A DNA stretch of 64,000 nt from Dehalococcoidia bacterium (GTDB lineage Bacteria; Chloroflexota; Dehalococcoidia; Plut-88900), in NCBI GenBank assembly GCA_965249275.1, contig CBDFLQ010000006.1, positions 352,001 to 416,000 on the forward strand. Direction: 5' to 3'. The translations under genes and the position numbers were made by a program. Positions 61,084-64,000 of the stretch are shown in pieces. Under the pieces are notes generated by a model. The model made no database searches. It saw only the letters and a program-made list of their open reading frames with translations, and was not told where the DNA came from. The stretch's first letter is position 1; each line of letters begins with the position of its first letter.

Positions 61084-62445
61084 CTACCCCTCCCCCAACC
61101 GAGCCACCAGATAAGCCATATCCCTGTCACCCTTGACCCGATTGCAATTCGGGCACAGCAGCTGCAAATTCTCCGGGTGGTCCGACCCTCCCCGACTCCT
61201 CGGCACCACGTGGTCCACCTCCATGATCCTGAATAGGAACTCCACCTTGCACCCCCCACACCTCCCCTCCTGCCGGCCAAACAGCACGTGCTTCTGCTTC
61301 CGGTACGGGATCGGGGCCTCGATATCCGTCCGCCGAGGAATATCCGTCCTGGCAGTGACGAGCCTGCTGTGAAACAGGTCTCCCATGAAATCCCGAAGCC
61401 GCATATTCACCAGCTCGACCGCCTTCTCCGAGATGTCTATCCCGACCCACTTCCTCCCCAGCTTCTCCGCCGCCACACACGCCGTCGCACACCCGCAAAA
61501 CGGGTCCAAAACAACGTCCCCCGGATTCGATGACGCCGAGATTATGCGTTCAAGAAGGGCTAGGGGCTTCTGTGTCGGGTAACCAATACGCTCCTTAGCC
61601 TGGGAGTTGATGGCGTTGATATCTGTCCATACCGACTGCAGTGGCCGACCCTTAATCTCGTCGAGATATCTCTTCAACCTGATACCGCCTCGGGTTGTGA
61701 AGTGCAGCTTGCCGTCGCTATCCAATTGGCGCATTGTCGTCAATGGAACACGCCATAGCGACGAGACACCCTTGTATTCATATTCGTAGCCCCCGCCCGA
61801 TAGCCCTTTGGCAGAAAGGTCATAATCTGACCAAGCTCTACCATCTGAATCCTGACGCCGGAATCTGGCTCTATACACATCATCGTGGGGTTGATAATGG
61901 ATATTCCACGTCCAACGGTCATTAGCTGAATAAAACAGGATGGCGTCAGAGTTCTTCCCGTAACGAACTGAATCGTTATGCGCCGTAGTACGTTGCCAAG
62001 TGATTTCATTCTGAAACTGAGCTGACCCAAAAATCGAGTCCATCAACAACTTAAGGTAGTGTGAGGCCGTCGGGTCGCAGTGCAGGTAGATGGAGCCCGT
62101 GTCCTTGAGCACCCGACGCATCTCCAGCAGCCGCACGGCCATCATGCACAGGTAGGACTGCATCCCCTTCCCGTGCGTCAGCCCCGCCGTCTCTATCACC
62201 TTGTACATCGCCGGCTGCTCGTCGGCGATAAGGCCCATCCAGGCCGTGTCCAGGTCCGACAGCGTCCACGTGTCCTTGAACGCCGCCCCCGCCGCCCGTG
62301 ACCCCACCGGCGCAGCATAGTTCCGGTTCGAGTTGAACGGCGGATCGAGATATATCAGGTCCACCGACTCCGAGTTCAACCCCCTCAAAATATCCAGGTT
62401 GTCCCCCGTCCAGATCGTCTTGTCTACAAAATTAGCTTCAGCCAT
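61084..62445 (-). CDS. Beta-class N6/N4 DNA methyltransferase fused to a C-terminal HNH endonuclease
   Basis: GDNL, YLDPPF (motif IV), YPTQKP, LDPFCGCAT (motif I), CGGC..EVDHVVPRSRGGSD..ENLQLLCPNCN..KG. Confidence 0.92.
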   Translation of the reverse strand: MAEANFVDKTIWTGDNLDILRGLNSESVDLIYLDPPFNSNRNYAAPVGSRAAGAAFKDTWTLSDLDTAWMGLIADEQPAMYKVIETAGLTHGKGMQSYLCMMAVRLLEMRRVLKDTGSIYLHCDPTASHYLKLLMDSIFGSAQFQNEITWQRTTAHNDSVRYGKNSDAILFYSANDRWTWNIHYQPHDDVYRARFRRQDSDGRAWSDYDLSAKGLSGGGYEYEYKGVSSLWRVPLTTMRQLDSDGKLHFTTRGGIRLKRYLDEIKGRPLQSVWTDINAINSQAKERIGYPTQKPLALLERIISASSNPGDVVLDPFCGCATACVAAEKLGRKWVGIDISEKAVELVNMRLRDFMGDLFHSRLVTARTDIPRRTDIEAPIPYRKQKHVLFGRQEGRCGGCKVEFLFRIMEVDHVVPRSRGGSDHPENLQLLCPNCNRVKGDRDMAYLVARLGEG

Positions 62446-62484
62446 ACGCCTAGTTTAGATTAACCGTCAAACCCCCACCCCTTT

Positions 62485-62960
62485 ATCACTGTCATTCCGA
62501 GGCTCCGCGAGGAATCTGGGGCGAAGGGGCGGGGGTTCTATCCCCTCCCCATCCCGTAGGGGCGACCGGCCGGTCGCCTTCCCCGGGGCTGAGGGGCCGC
62601 TCATCCTGAGCATGCTGAAAGTGCGCCTCTGGAGCATCGAAGGGTCGAGCGGGGGCGGCCCACGCCCCTCCAATCCGTCACGCCCCACTCACCCAACCCA
62701 CCCCCTTTTCACTGTCATTCCGAGGCTGCGCGAGGAATCCATCCCGCGGGGTAGGGCCTACTCCCCTCCCTGTAGGGGCGACCGGCCGGTCGCCTTCCCC
62801 GGGGCTGAGGGGCCGCTCACCCTGAGCATGCTGAAAGTGCGCCTCTGGAGCATCGAAGGGTCGAGCGGGGGCGGCCCACGCCCCTCCAATCCGTCACGCC
62901 CCACTCACCCAACCCACCCCCTTTTCACTGTCATTCCGAGGCTGCGCGAGGAATCTAGGA
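62485..62960. repeat. Tandem ~217-bp composite repeats (families A, GTAG-REP, B)
   Basis: GTAGGGGCGACCGGCCGGTCGCC...CTGAGCATGCTGAAAGTGCGCCTCTGGAGCATCGAAGGG...CACTGTCATTCCGAGGCTGCGCGAGGAATC occurs twice, nearly identical. Confidence 0.9.
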
Positions 62961-63011
62961 CTTGCCCTCTCACACCTTTCCTTGCCTTCCTTCCCCTCCC
63001 CCCTTGTTAAC

Positions 63012-63052
63012 GATATATCAGCCATGTTGCACAGCAACATGGCTGATATATC
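63012..63052. other. Perfect 19-bp inverted repeat
   Basis: GATATATCAGCCATGTTGC-ACA-GCAACATGGCTGATATATC. Confidence 0.85.
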
Positions 63053-63135
63053 AATAAAACAGGGCGGGTGGTCGGGACTCAACTTATCCCGGGGGTCGGG
63101 GTCGAAGACTCGCCGAGGCGCGTGACACGAACCCC

Positions 63136-63165
63136 TTGACTAGATACAAACATATGTACTATATT
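63136..63165 (+). promoter_or_regulatory. Sigma70-type promoter with LexA-box-like site (copy 2)
   Basis: TTGACT-18 nt-TATATT; AAACATATGTAC (resembles GAAC-N4-GTTC) directly before the -10. Confidence 0.55.
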
Positions 63166-63355
63166 CACTCTCGACTGATCCGTCACCCACCCCAAACCCC
63201 AAAGGAGGAACCAAAAACTAGGGAAGCCCACCCGACCCACCCGAGGACTCAACGCCTCAGCCCATCCCAACGGCCCCCGCGCAGGCCCGCGGCACAAGCG
63301 AAAGTCGCCATCTCCTCATCCCCACCGGGTCCCGTGCCCCTTTCCCTGACCACTA

Positions 63356-63760
63356 GGCGATGGAAGACGCCCTGGACCGTACTTAAAAGTCTCCTCCCGG
63401 AGCAACCTGACCCATGAGCGGAACGGGGCAGCCCGTAGCCGAGGTCTGCTCGGCTCTCCGTCCGCTTCCCAAAAAAACTGGGCTGTCCGCCACTCCCGGC
63501 TCCTGGATACAGGCGGCGAACCGGATACCCACTACTCCTGCGAGGGGAACTGACCCTGGACTTTCCCCTTCCTGCACCCGCCTCCGGCGGACAGCGCAGC
63601 CAACCTTCATTGGAGCCTATGACGGATGACGGACCCGTACGTCCGACCATACTTCCAGGTCTAGGCGGCGGCGGAGCCCCGTCCCCACGTTCCCGGGACG
63701 CCTCCATGCCCGCATTATCTAAAGATAGGGAGCCTAATCCAGCAAGCGTCTTTCATCGCC
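63356..63760. ncRNA. Candidate large structured non-coding RNA of unknown family
   Basis: 15-bp closing helix 63356-63370/63746-63760 plus many nested helices; no credible ORF; strand not settled. Confidence 0.45.
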
Positions 63761-63853
63761 ACCTCCCCACCCCACCAAACAAAACCGAAACCCCCGACCC
63801 ACAACTGAATAAAGGCTGTCCCCTGGGCGTGAACGATACGGTTTCCCTACCCT

Positions 63854-63878
63854 GTAGGGGCGACCGGCTGGTCGCCCT
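63854..63878. repeat. GTAG-type REP-like palindrome
   Basis: GTAGGGGCGACCGGCTGGTCGCCCT. Confidence 0.8.
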
Positions 63879-63907
63879 GGGGTGGGGCATCCCCCACCTT
63901 CAACCCC

Positions 63908-64000
63908 CTAACCCCCCAGCCTCTCCTCCAACCTGCGCAGCGACCGTTCCAGCTGGTGCTGTCGATAGGCCACCGTCAGGTCTCCCCTGGTACGCTCCAC
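63908..64000 (-). CDS. 3' end of a gene entering from outside the window
   Basis: Open frame VERTRGDLTVAYRQHQLERSLRRLEERLGG-stop with host-like codon usage, followed by a REP. Confidence 0.45.
   Translation of the reverse strand: MERTRGDLTVAYRQHQLERSLRRLEERLGG

Noticed and set aside
65-62350. Numerous antisense and alternative-frame ORFs over annotated genes
   Set aside because: Shadow ORFs typical of GC-rich DNA
59800-62460. Integron cassette array
   Set aside because: No RYYYAAC...GTTRRRY attC structures after the genes and no integrase in the window
62467-63010. ORFs at 62467-62688 and 62612-63010
   Set aside because: Translations of composite repeats
63430-63575. RNase P RNA on the minus strand (GGGGAAAGTCC and CAGACCTCGGCTA)
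   Set aside because: The motifs are only ~110 nt apart, P4 pairing is imperfect and other conserved regions are missing; a cmscan would settle it
63079-63707. Several 70-150 aa ORFs over the structured region
   Set aside because: Low-complexity Pro/Arg/Gly-rich translations without RBS-linked starts

Overview
GC-rich bacterial chromosome segment. Gene content (LLM oxidoreductase, several amidohydrolases, SDRs, class III CoA transferases, CMD proteins, a sulfatase-like enzyme) suggests Chloroflexota/Dehalococcoidia such as SAR202; this is an inference. A minus-strand tRNA-Lys(TTT) at 24114-24188 splits the window. To its left is a catabolic block plus recN in which I saw no REP-like repeats. 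To its right the + strand is strongly C-rich and carries housekeeping genes (pyrE, lepB, dcd-ribD-ribE-ribBA-ribH, ispH, ggt, hppA), with intergenic spaces filled by at least four families of palindromic repeats, MITEs and tandem arrays. An IS481 element sits inside one of these palindromes. The last ~5 kb is an accessory hotspot bracketed by a duplicated ~330-bp repeat/promoter block with a LexA-box-like site. It holds an orphan phage small-terminase-like gene, an orphan DUF2283 antitoxin with a truncated partner, low-GC cassettes and an MTase-HNH fusion whose TRD looks swapped. It is followed by a ~405-nt multi-helix non-coding region that I cannot assign to a known RNA family; this is the strongest novelty candidate. 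All family calls come from motif recognition by eye; no searches were run.
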